Under the pieces are notes generated by a model. It had not been told where the DNA came from. It saw only the letters and a list, made by a program, of their open reading frames with translations, and did not search any database. From contig JAANOX010000014.1 in the NCBI GenBank assembly GCA_020184695.1, positions 1 through 64,000 of the forward strand: a stretch of DNA of 64,000 nucleotides. The letters run 5' to 3'. Every line of letters begins with the position of its first letter. The first letter of the stretch is position 1. Origin of the DNA: Histomonas meleagridis 2922-C6/04-290x (taxonomy: Eukaryota; Protista; Parabasalia). Below, one piece after another: positions 54,066 through 64,000 of the stretch. A program made the translations under genes and the position numbers.

Positions 54066-54684
54066 TTCGAAAAGATGCCTCCAAAGTCAGCTGTAATGAA
54101 ACTTTTTGAATAACACGCAACTTTTTCAAATGTCGATTTTAACCCTTGTCGGTTGGGCTGCCTCACAAAATTTTGTACGATAGAACGTTAATTTTTACAT
54201 TGGCAAAGCTTTGCTGTAACGTGATATATTGAGTTTTATTCCATCTCATTATTTAACACTTAATAACATTTGATAGGAATCAAAAAATAATTTTTTAATC
54301 TCCATTATTATAATTCAATTGTCATTCAATCATTTATAAAGTCAAATTTTCATGATAAATTTGTTTTAACAAATCATTATAGAATCATTATTAAATGTAT
54401 AAGTTTATAATTAAATTAATGTTAATTTTTTACTCGAGCTCATTTGTTGTGATTTTATCATATTTTAATTGAATTGGAATTTTTTCGTTTCCTTGTTCAA
54501 CACAAAAGTACTTTAGTTGGCGCGTTCTTTAACTTGAATATGGATCACAAATATAAAATGAAAGAAAGCATTTTTATTTATAAATAAAAGATGGTCAAAT
54601 GATGTCAATAATTTTTATTTGATATTTGAATAGTTCTGAAAACGTTTACTCTTAAACAGACTTGTGATATGAAATGAATTTTAC

Positions 54685-55674
54685 ATGAAAAATGGACCTC
54701 CTCCCCAGCAAAATATTGGTGGAATGCAACAAAATTTCCAGCCAAATGGAGGGTATCAAGGTCAAGGGAGCAACGGCCAACCTTTGCCAAATGGACAGCA
54801 ACAACAACAACAGCAACCCCAAATATCACTTTCTGCTTTAGGCATTAATGGAATTCAACAATTACCTAACATTCTCAAAGCAAATATCGCTTTATTAAAT
54901 GCCATGAAAAACCAAAATCAAATGCGAACAATGCCCCAAGGGGCACCCCCACATCAGCAAGTTGCAAGACCTACTCTTCCTGGAGGAATTGGAATTCCGC
55001 AGCCACGCCATCCTCCACCTCCCCCGAAAGAACCAAAACCTGCTCCTCCTAAAGCTGATGTTGTAATTCGTTCTCTTCCACTTGAACACCATATACAGCA
55101 ATGCTGTCTCAACAGATCATTTATCGACAGACGTGTTCAAGTCGAAAAAATGTTTTCGGACAAATTCCAAGTATCTTTTCATTTTACAGATAATGCAATA
55201 ATGCTTCTTGCCACTGCCCTCAAAGCACGCATGATGTACGTTGTTAAAGAATGCGTTTGGTACTGTAAGTTAAGACGTCAACAAACATTTCCTCCCGAAA
55301 GATTGATTATAGATGTTCCAAGAGCTCGATTTTCGTTATTAGAAGCAGAACGAGAAATCGTTGCAAATAAGGAATTAATAATTAAAGAGCAAAAAGCGAA
55401 TCCAGATGTAACTCTTGATCGTTTAAAAAATGAGGCTCTACAAAGTATTACATCACAAACGCCTATAAAACAAAGAGAAATGATTCCACAGACCACAAAC
55501 GAGGCTGATGATGATGCTCCTCAAAACTTTTCTAGAATCAATGAGCTATCGATGCCCATCAATCAACCGGAGACCGTTACACAAGAGGACGTTAACGCGT
55601 TTATTGAAAACGATATGTTTCTATCGGCTTCGCAGTATCGGAGGAGCTTCGCGATGCAAAACTTTAAAATTTAA
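54685..55674 (+). CDS. TFIID subunit TAF4-like histone-fold protein with Q/P-rich N-terminus
   Basis: FTDNAIMLLATALKARMMYVVKEC (histone fold), RLKNEALQSI and VTQEDVNAFIEND resemble TAF4 elements. Confidence 0.55.
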   Translation: MKNGPPPQQNIGGMQQNFQPNGGYQGQGSNGQPLPNGQQQQQQQPQISLSALGINGIQQLPNILKANIALLNAMKNQNQMRTMPQGAPPHQQVARPTLPGGIGIPQPRHPPPPPKEPKPAPPKADVVIRSLPLEHHIQQCCLNRSFIDRRVQVEKMFSDKFQVSFHFTDNAIMLLATALKARMMYVVKECVWYCKLRRQQTFPPERLIIDVPRARFSLLEAEREIVANKELIIKEQKANPDVTLDRLKNEALQSITSQTPIKQREMIPQTTNEADDDAPQNFSRINELSMPINQPETVTQEDVNAFIENDMFLSASQYRRSFAMQNFKI

Positions 55675-55982
55675 TAAATAAACTGTACGTCTAAAATCCA
55701 TGGAATTTGGTGTGTTTCTTCTAACTATAGGTTGTTTATGTTCGAAACTCAAAAAAAATAATACATTTCTTTATATTGATAACTTAAAATCTGTTAATTT
55801 TGGTGAAAATTTGTATAAAATTGGAGATGCAGCTTCTCTTGGATGTGTTATTTTTTTATTTTTTTTATTTTTTATTTTTTTATTTCTCGGCATCCTAATG
55901 ACCAAATATCTGTTTTAAAATCATATGATAAAAAATGAATGATTTCTGGTGAGAAATATAATGGAATACCTACACAACTTTG

Positions 55983-56360
55983 TCATTTTTGAAGGAGAGT
56001 TTCAAGAACTCTAACATTATCAAAATCACATATTTTAATATGATCATTCTTATCATGTAAAATGTTTTCTGGTTTTAAATCTCGATGAATGATTTTATTT
56101 TCATGAAGAAATTGAATCCCTGTTAATATTTGATGAAAATAATGAATAACTTGTGATTCTGAAAAATTACAGCCTTCTAAGTATTCCATAGCAACACAAA
56201 TGTTTTTCTCTGTTTCAAAAACTTCATGGATTTTGACAATGTTTGGATGTCCTATTCATCCAAAAGTTTCATAATGTTTCTTAATTTCTTCTCGCTCTTC
56301 TGAAAATTCAAATAGTATTTGTATTTTTTAAGTGCATATTTTTCTTTTGTATTAACTTCT
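55983..56360 (-). pseudogene. Truncated, frameshifted Ser/Thr kinase (CAMK-like) relic
   Basis: KEKYALK, then after a shift [34 protein letters not shown] and KICDFD; it stops shortly after subdomain VII. Confidence 0.7.
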
Positions 56361-56665
56361 TCTACTAGGCTAACTTTCTCATATGACCCGTATCCAAGAA
56401 ATCGTATTTTATATTATATTTTCCATAATTAAAAATAAAAAGAAACATGTTAACTTGTATCAAACTTTTTGTAAATAGGCAAAAATATTTTGAAAAGTTT
56501 ACATGTTCAAAAAATTGTTTACAAATAATATAACTACATTTATAAATGGCTAAGACCCCATTTTTCTTGTTTTTTTGTAATTTATAAATAATTTTGTACA
56601 CATACATGGCATAAATGTCAATCAAAAAGTGTTATAGTTTATTTTGGAGAAAATATGATTCAAAC

Positions 56666-56709
56666 AGTTCGAACTTAAGTTCTTTTCCCTTTGAACATCA
56701 AAGGGAAAA
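56666..56709. other. Cluster of palindromes and a 12-bp hairpin
   Basis: AGTTCGAACT (56666-75), GAACTTAAGTTC (56671-82) and TTTTCCCTTTGA-ACA-TCAAAGGGAAAA (56683-56709). Confidence 0.6.
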
Positions 56710-56794
56710 ATAAAAGCGAGTTTTACATTGCGTCAAATAGTAATTAATTTAATTAAAAAATAAATCGTTTATTAGTAAAACGAACCTGCTTTTT

Positions 56795-57001
56795 TTATAC
56801 AATAATGCTATCTGAAAGCAGCACTTCTTGTATATCGTCGTATTGAGGTTCTTGCTCTAAATTACTTTCACAATAATTTAGATTCATTGGACGAGAAGGA
56901 CGGTTGAGTGAGCGACCCAATATTGCTGGGTCCTCTGCAAAAAGAGCATCATTTGACTTGTAGATTGGTGCATCAAAGATATTACAACAGGACTGCGGCA
57001 T
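56795..57001 (-). CDS. Small hypothetical protein (68 aa)
   Basis: ATG 57001; the ORF is GC-richer than its flanks; no homology recognised. Confidence 0.45.
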   Translation of the reverse strand: MPQSCCNIFDAPIYKSNDALFAEDPAILGRSLNRPSRPMNLNYCESNLEQEPQYDDIQEVLLSDSIIV

Positions 57002-57660
57002 ATTGGATCGCAAAAAAAAAACAAATGCGATCAAAATCAAATTGAAATTTGATACAAACCGAAATACTCACAGAAATACATAACCGATTATTTGTATCGT
57101 CATGGTTTGAAAAATTTTTTTACAAAAAAGAATGAATAGTTTACAAAAGGGTAAATAATGGTAAATTTAACTAAAAAAAAATACAAAAACATTATTTAAC
57201 GAATTTAATTTGTTAACAAATTGTAACAGTATAACCAAATAGTTATCTCATTATCAATTACTTTATGTCTGAAATGAGTCTTTATAACATTGATCAATTA
57301 TATTTCTTGAATATTGGTAATATTTTCAATTTGAGCACATCCATAGCTTTATAGACAGAACAATACCTTGGGAAAATTATTTTGTTGATCATTTTATAGA
57401 TCATGTGAATTAAAAATTAATGAATTTTTTTGCTCAAAATTTAATTTAATCTGAGACTTGATTCGGAGTTTAGATTCCAAATATTGCGACACCATTTTCT
57501 GTTCAAAGCTGTAAAATATCATCGTTCCGTTTTCAAAAGAAAATTGACAAATATTCTGAATGTATCGTTCTATCGTTATTTCCAATTTTTGGAACGCACG
57601 TTTAAAAGAGCGACCGTTATGAAATAAATGACTTTTTTTAATTAACGTTTTCCATATTTG

Positions 57661-58362
57661 ATGGCTGTTTTAAAAAAACTCGCACTTTCGATATATTCCT
57701 CACTCCTTCCTCATCAAGAAGGGATTAAAAGAATACAGTCGCTTGTGCTTTGGCATAAGCCTGTTTTTTCAGTAATTCAATTGCTAATTATCGAATTATT
57801 ATTTTTCATAATTTATAAACTTCCATTCTCAAAGATTTGCAACATCATCTTAACGATTGGTAGCATTGTTTTGTTCCATTGCGTTTATACTGCTTTTCCT
57901 TCATTTCTCAATAAAATATTTTCTTTCCAAATTGAGGAAAGACCACCTGAAGATCCTCGAAGAATACGTTCCGTCAAAGAAGTTTCTGCTTATCTTTGTA
58001 CATGTATTTCATATGGAACAAAACTTTTGGAACTTGCTTTCTCATCAGTTACTGATTCCAGCCTTTTCTCCGTTATTTACGTCATCTTTATATTAGTTGT
58101 TTTCTTTATTTTCACATTCTTTATTGGAGATTTTTGTGTTTTGTGGATCGTATTTCATCTGATTTTTGTTCTTCCGGGAATTGTCCTTTTGCCACCAGTA
58201 CAAAATTGGCTGAATGATCCAGAGCTCAACCAATCTAAGAAAGCGATGAACAAAAAGCCAAAATCAGATGAAAATGAGAAAGATGAAGAAGAGTCAAGCG
58301 ACACAAGCTCAAGCGAAAACGGAAACGAAGGAGAAAACGAAGATGAAAAGGAAAATAAATAA
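57661..58362 (+). CDS. Reticulon-homology-domain ER membrane protein with acidic tail
   Basis: IQSLVLWHKP followed by two long hydrophobic hairpin segments, then an acidic low-complexity C-terminus. Confidence 0.6.
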   Translation: MAVLKKLALSIYSSLLPHQEGIKRIQSLVLWHKPVFSVIQLLIIELLFFIIYKLPFSKICNIILTIGSIVLFHCVYTAFPSFLNKIFSFQIEERPPEDPRRIRSVKEVSAYLCTCISYGTKLLELAFSSVTDSSLFSVIYVIFILVVFFIFTFFIGDFCVLWIVFHLIFVLPGIVLLPPVQNWLNDPELNQSKKAMNKKPKSDENEKDEEESSDTSSSENGNEGENEDEKENK

Positions 58363-58628
58363 ACCGAAAGTGTTAAAGCATTCTTCATAATGACTTCAAA
58401 TTTCGTTAATTTTTATTGAAAATTGTGTAATTCAAATCAGAAAAACACGAAAATGTTTCCAAACATCGAAAAGCCGAAAAAATAAAATATGAAATATTTC
58501 AAATATGAAATTAAATAATTCGTTTACAGTTCGGAGCATTTGTATTCAAAATTAAAAATTATATATGAAGTTATACTTAAAGTGAAAAAGCATTAAAAAT
58601 TCACATGAAAATTATTTTACAAACACAA

Positions 58629-61600
58629 TTAGATGCGCGCGGAGGGAAGGAAATCCTTGCGATTACAATCCAAAAATTCCTCAAACCTATAAAACTGCAG
58701 TTCAGGCGAATCGTATTCATCGTCCAGTATATTAAAGCGGCCAAACAAATCATTTATCGGATTTGATTCTGTTCGTGTGTGCGTATCCGTTTTCCCGATT
58801 CCTCGTAAAACAATTCCAATAAATTGATGTTCAATATCTCCATCAAACGTCGGTAAAACTTGGACAATTTGATTAATTATATTTTCATCAAATTCATTTC
58901 TTTGAAATCGAATTTTAATAGATAAAAGATATGCATATAAAAGTTGAAGTGACACTTTTGTGTCATTTCCGAAGTTTACACATGTTTCATCTGACAAGTC
59001 AGTCATTTCCAAAAAAGTGTCAATCAAATCTATATCTTCCAAATTTGACTGTGGGTCTGTTCGTAAATAAATAAACGTCTTATCGTTCGAACAAAGCTCG
59101 TCAAACTGCGTTTGAAGTAATTTTATGTCAAAAGTGATTTTATCGTTCCAAACGGTTTTATCGTCAATTGTCGTTCGAAATAAAATTGTAGAAAAAATTA
59201 AAGGCATTAAATCCTTTACATTAATATTATCATTACTATTCTTTGTTAATTTTAATAAGATATGTTTTTTAATTCCAGATAAATCAAGTTTTGAAACAAA
59301 TGAAATTGTATCCAAAACCGCCAAAAATTTATTTAATTCAATTAGATTCAATTTTTCTGTGCAAATAACCGAATAAAATAAATCATTCAAATTGAATTCA
59401 GAAGGTTCGTTCAGATTTTCATAAATAATTAAAATCCAATATTGCCAAAATGGAACACTTTTAATCAAATCTTTTGCATCGGCTTCATTACTAATATATT
59501 CTAATAACCAATTTGAAAGGTTTGGAGCATTTTCCATTGATATTGTTGTCAAATATGCGATAAGAGGTAACATTTCTATGTAACGGTTTAACCGTATCAT
59601 TTGAATACAATTTGTTATAAACATTGGCACTGAATTCTTTTCAATTTTTATTGTTTCAATTATATCAAAAACTAAATTTGACAGAATGTAATTCTCTGAA
59701 TTCAAGTTTTGAATGAATTTCAATATTCTTAACGAAATTCGTTGTAATTCGAAATTACTATTTTTCATTAAGTCGATGAAAGGTTTATAATAATCGAATT
59801 CCTTCAGTGCCTTTACGAGCTTCTTATCGTTGAATATTAACTTATCTTCGATGAAAGAGAAAATTGCGATCAATAATGCGTTTGCTGAAATTCCATTAAT
59901 TATTTCGTTGATCACTTGTATCAACGACTTATAAATTGCTTTTGTATGTAGCATATTAATTATCTCGGCTAAGAAACCCCAAACTGAAATAATTATTTTA
60001 TCGGATTCTGGTTTATCATATTTTAATTTGGATAAAGCGACGCAAAAAACATTTAAATAATTATTTTGTTTGAAGAATTTTATTATTATTTCGTTGTTCC
60101 GATGAAATATTGTCGACAATATATTCGTTGCATAAAAAGAAGCAATTTCGAACTTATGTTTAAACCAAATTTTGGGATTTAACCATAAATCACTTATCAT
60201 TGTTTCGATGAACGTAATTGAATCATAAGAAGAATCAATTAATGTGTTTAATATTAATAAAATGTTTGTGTTCATAAACTCGTTTTTAATCTCTTTTATT
60301 GTCTTGATTAATAATTTACTTCCTTCGATTTCTTCGAAATGTTTTATTAATTGTTTTCCTTTTAATATGTTTTGAAATATTCGAAATAATTGTAAAAGTA
60401 AATTTTGGTCTTCAACAAACGAAAAAATGCCCAAAAAAATGGAAAACAAATTCGTGTCTTTAAAGAGGATATTAAAAGTTTTATTATAATGAATTCCAAT
60501 TCCTGAAAAAGGAATCGAATTTTTTATATCATTTTTAATCAAAGTAATTTTCTCATTTTCTTTAATGTTAATATTTAATCCGATTAATATTTTATTATTA
60601 TCTTTTATATATGTATCACTTAAATATAAATTCTTATTACCGAATGTAATTATGGAAAAATTATTAATCAAAATATTACTTTGAAAGTTTATCATTTTTT
60701 TACTTTCATTTAATTGTATTGAGTTTTTAGTAAACCTCAAAATTATATGATAAAAAGTATTAAACTCGAATTTAACATGATTAAAATTAAATGATTCTAG
60801 TGAATTCCCAACTTTTATACTTAAGATATTATCAGTAACATATATTATTATACTAGAATTTTGATTAGAAAACAAATGAAGTAAAGTCGTAATTTTTTCA
60901 CTAGAATTTATATAAAATGTTGTTTCAAATTGCCAATTCTCAGGTAATATTAATGGCGATTCACTTAATGATACATGAATTACATCCTTTAAACAGATAA
61001 ATGAAGATGGCTCTTTTTCATTTTGGATTGATAATTCTTCGAAGTCATATAATATCCAACTTAATTCATTATAATTATCTTTAAATATATTGAATACATA
61101 TTCTAATGATTTATCATTGATTCCTTTGTGAACAAATTCTTTGATAAAACATTTTATGTCTTCTTTCGAATTCTCTAAGTAACGTTTAATTATTATTGGT
61201 AATATATTTCCGGTAATACATTTATAAGTGTTTAAAAAATTATTGTTCATTAACGATCGAAGATATACATAAGTTTTTATTTCTTTTTCTGTGTTTTGTG
61301 TGATATATATTAATGTCTTTAATATATATTGATTATTTATTATTTTAACTTCACCAAATTTTGATGGCTTATCAAACATTATCGTTGTTAATAAATCTAA
61401 ATCTGTAATTTCTTTCGATATATTTGTTAATAAATTAGAATTTATTTTATCAATGTTCTCTTCTGTTTTTAATAAATTCGTTGATTGTAAAAATTTAATT
61501 GTAATAATAAATGATTCTTTAGTCTTAATAATAATTGGCGTTTTAATTACACTGTCAAAAAACTCATTCAAAGGTATTGAAATATTTGATAACTCATCAT

Positions 61601-63599
61601 TGAAAATTTGAATGAATTCATAACAGAAAAGTGGCGAATTTGAATCCAAAATAAAATCGTAAAGTTTTGAAATGTATTTTATAACAAAATCATTTTTTGG
61701 GTTTTTTAAACAACTGATAAAAGTTTTAAAAATTGAATTTCGATATTTATCATTTAATGTTAATTGTAACATAAAATTAAATAATTTTTCATATGAGAAA
61801 ATTGATAAAGGGTCCGACATATATAAATATAAAAACAATTCGAATAAATTTGTTGATAATTCACTATTAGGAAATATATTTATAATATAAATTAAAGGCG
61901 TAAAAAATGTATAAATTTCATTATTAACTTCGAACAAATCGAATTTTAACAAATCGACGTACTTATTATAATTCAAAATAATCGAATGGAACAAAGGCAA
62001 TAAATTTAATAATAAATAATATAATTGTAAATCACGTTTTTTTTCGATTAAATTAAATGCATTTTTGACAAAACCTTTCAAAGTTAACATAATAACTTCT
62101 TCACCATTTTTATACATATTTAAAGCGAAATTCGAAATTAATTGTATCAATTTAAACTGATGTTCTTTAGTTACGTTATCATTTAATATTTCATTTGGTA
62201 TTGTGAATATTAAAGGATGAAACAATAAATGAAAATGATCATCAATTAAAATCGAATATTTTATTATATTCTTTATACACATAAACAAATCAATAATAAA
62301 ATATAAAAATGTATATATCGATTCTGGCTTTGTTAACTTCGATAATATTTTTAATGTTTCTTGACATGATAAACTTTCATTTACTGTTGATTTAGTTGCT
62401 ATAGTTTTTATTAATTTGAAATGTTCCGCTAATAACTTTAATTCTTTTTGTTGGAAGATGGATGAAATATCTTCAACTTGTTGAATAACAGAAAATGAAT
62501 TTTTTAATGTTTCCATTTCTTTAAATTGTATTATGTCATTAGTTTCGTTTGGTAATGGATAATTAATTGATGTGATTTCAGGTATTATTAAATTAGAAAT
62601 CGGAAAGTTTTCTGTCGTCCATTGGACAAATGTTAATGAAGCTTGCGTATATAATGGATCATCAGATGTTGAAGACTTCATTAATATTGTCGAACATGAT
62701 AAATATAAATTAAACATTTGTTCCTTTTGAAGAATTATTTCAGGTTTGTTTATCGACGAAAAAAATAAATAACAAATTTCACATAAATTTAATTTTTGTT
62801 CGTATAAAAGTGTTTCGCAATTCTTTGTTTCATATTCAAGAAATTGTATCATTTGTGGTATAAAGCAAAGCTTAAAATGTGTTACAATATAATTAAAGAT
62901 CGTAATGTAATATGAAAAAATTAAAGAGTTTTGAGTTGAATTAATTTCTTTCGTTAAATAGTCAAATGTTATGTCTAAAAAAACTTGGATTAAATGACTT
63001 AGTGGATGATTTTGGAGATTAAACAATGCGTCAACACGTTCTATTATTGGATTTAATATTGTTCCAATGATTACTAAAAAATCTGAAATCATCTTATTTG
63101 ATTTGGTGGTAAAAAATTTGAAGAAAAAAGGAAAGTAATTCCATAAAACTTGTGGAAATCGACTATCCTCCCACTCTAAATTGATGGCTTTGTCTAGTTC
63201 TTTGGAGAATTTATATGATATCATAATAAGAATTCGCATGATTACAATCTCAAGAAATTCTTTGATCGATGTTTCACTTGATTTCGGTACATAATCTGAC
63301 GCAAAACGTACAAGTTCAAGTTGTTGTATATCGATATTTTTATTAAGATTATACATTTTCCCAATGATTTTTATTTTCTTGGATTCTTCTTTGACGTTTT
63401 GAAGCTTCTTTTTTAAATCAGATAAATGAACACGATATAGTGAAACAGATTTAAATAATGAAAAAATTAATATATTCGAATTTTTCGCAAGCTTATCAAT
63501 GTCACTTTGGGAAAGCGGAAGTTGGCGAGTAAGGTAATCTGCATAAACATTAAAGACTGATCGAGAGGAGGCTGAATTTTGGGTATTTGCTTGTTTCAT
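58629..63599 (-). CDS. Large helical-repeat protein with a central beta-rich (ConA/LamG-like) segment, resembling BEACH-protein N-termini
   Basis: 1656-aa ORF from ATG 63599; the central WQFETTFYI...LLHL...FEFNTFYHIIL segment is beta-rich; no BEACH/WD40 motifs seen. Confidence 0.75.
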   Translation of the reverse strand: MKQANTQNSASSRSVFNVYADYLTRQLPLSQSDIDKLAKNSNILIFSLFKSVSLYRVHLSDLKKKLQNVKEESKKIKIIGKMYNLNKNIDIQQLELVRFASDYVPKSSETSIKEFLEIVIMRILIMISYKFSKELDKAINLEWEDSRFPQVLWNYFPFFFKFFTTKSNKMISDFLVIIGTILNPIIERVDALFNLQNHPLSHLIQVFLDITFDYLTKEINSTQNSLIFSYYITIFNYIVTHFKLCFIPQMIQFLEYETKNCETLLYEQKLNLCEICYLFFSSINKPEIILQKEQMFNLYLSCSTILMKSSTSDDPLYTQASLTFVQWTTENFPISNLIIPEITSINYPLPNETNDIIQFKEMETLKNSFSVIQQVEDISSIFQQKELKLLAEHFKLIKTIATKSTVNESLSCQETLKILSKLTKPESIYTFLYFIIDLFMCIKNIIKYSILIDDHFHLLFHPLIFTIPNEILNDNVTKEHQFKLIQLISNFALNMYKNGEEVIMLTLKGFVKNAFNLIEKKRDLQLYYLLLNLLPLFHSIILNYNKYVDLLKFDLFEVNNEIYTFFTPLIYIINIFPNSELSTNLFELFLYLYMSDPLSIFSYEKLFNFMLQLTLNDKYRNSIFKTFISCLKNPKNDFVIKYISKLYDFILDSNSPLFCYEFIQIFNDELSNISIPLNEFFDSVIKTPIIIKTKESFIITIKFLQSTNLLKTEENIDKINSNLLTNISKEITDLDLLTTIMFDKPSKFGEVKIINNQYILKTLIYITQNTEKEIKTYVYLRSLMNNNFLNTYKCITGNILPIIIKRYLENSKEDIKCFIKEFVHKGINDKSLEYVFNIFKDNYNELSWILYDFEELSIQNEKEPSSFICLKDVIHVSLSESPLILPENWQFETTFYINSSEKITTLLHLFSNQNSSIIIYVTDNILSIKVGNSLESFNFNHVKFEFNTFYHIILRFTKNSIQLNESKKMINFQSNILINNFSIITFGNKNLYLSDTYIKDNNKILIGLNINIKENEKITLIKNDIKNSIPFSGIGIHYNKTFNILFKDTNLFSIFLGIFSFVEDQNLLLQLFRIFQNILKGKQLIKHFEEIEGSKLLIKTIKEIKNEFMNTNILLILNTLIDSSYDSITFIETMISDLWLNPKIWFKHKFEIASFYATNILSTIFHRNNEIIIKFFKQNNYLNVFCVALSKLKYDKPESDKIIISVWGFLAEIINMLHTKAIYKSLIQVINEIINGISANALLIAIFSFIEDKLIFNDKKLVKALKEFDYYKPFIDLMKNSNFELQRISLRILKFIQNLNSENYILSNLVFDIIETIKIEKNSVPMFITNCIQMIRLNRYIEMLPLIAYLTTISMENAPNLSNWLLEYISNEADAKDLIKSVPFWQYWILIIYENLNEPSEFNLNDLFYSVICTEKLNLIELNKFLAVLDTISFVSKLDLSGIKKHILLKLTKNSNDNINVKDLMPLIFSTILFRTTIDDKTVWNDKITFDIKLLQTQFDELCSNDKTFIYLRTDPQSNLEDIDLIDTFLEMTDLSDETCVNFGNDTKVSLQLLYAYLLSIKIRFQRNEFDENIINQIVQVLPTFDGDIEHQFIGIVLRGIGKTDTHTRTESNPINDLFGRFNILDDEYDSPELQFYRFEEFLDCNRKDFLPSARI

Positions 63600-63889
63600 C
63601 AATCTTTGTAAGTTAACGGGTTCTAACCGTCAGATCTGATCGAAATCAAGTAAACCAATCAAATTTATTTTCGGTTATAAGCTGAAGACCGTTAAATTTG
63701 TCAGAATTTTTCTATCGTGCGTCAAAAAGTTTTTCGTCTCTATGAATACCCATTTGAAGGAAAATTTGTGTATAAAACACAGAAGAAATTTAATTTTAAA
63801 TTAAGAAGAATTCTTCTTAAAATTTACATCAAAACAATTATTGAATTCATTTACGTTTATTTAAAAATTTATTCTTTTTTATTTTTAGT

Positions 63890-64000
63890 TCAATGTATTA
63901 ACAATTGATCTTCATCATGCCTAATTACATTATTAAATTCATCATCAATATGTATTGTTTGCTTTTCGTTGTCTGATGAAGACTCAGAAAGGATTTCAGT
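63890..64000 (-). CDS. Acidic C-terminal tail of a gene entering from beyond the window
   Basis: Open frame TEILSESSSDNEKQTIHIDDEF...QLLIH* ending in TGA at 63890-92; typical cytoplasmic tail of parabasalid surface proteins. Confidence 0.5.
   Translation of the reverse strand, partial: TEILSESSSDNEKQTIHIDDEFNNVIRHDEDQLLIH

Overview
AT-rich, gene-dense, apparently intronless eukaryotic DNA from a parabasalid protist (Trichomonas/Tritrichomonas/Histomonas lineage; species cannot be fixed from the sequence). The assignment rests on two initiator-binding-domain (IBD) proteins, TCAYTT initiator, M3-like and M5-like promoter motifs, BspA-type LRR proteins and bacterial-type enzymes. Standard genetic code. 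About 30 intact genes: housekeeping (RPL17, PSMA7, RPT3, TAF4-like, PP4/6-type phosphatase, Rab, BRO1, reticulon-like), signalling proteins, surface proteins and four bacterial-looking genes (FlK-like thioesterase, GH2 beta-mannosidase, DUF5057-like adhesin, membrane-anchored GH-like protein). Several pseudogenes and relics lie in the intergenic gaps. Main observations: (1) an old inverted duplication of a [Q-rich gene + PH-AGC kinase] pair whose kinase arms are nearly identical while the flanks are diverged, enclosing about 9.7 kb; (2) an IBD transcription factor that appears to carry a Cbl/STAT-like EF + SH2-like module; (3) several predicted pseudoenzymes (LRR-pseudokinase, TBC without catalytic fingers, LMW-PTP with Asp->Asn); (4) a surface-protein gene split by a single in-frame TAA; (5) scattered decayed BspA/surface-antigen relics, two of them clearly homologous. 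All family assignments are by-eye motif recognition; no searches were run.
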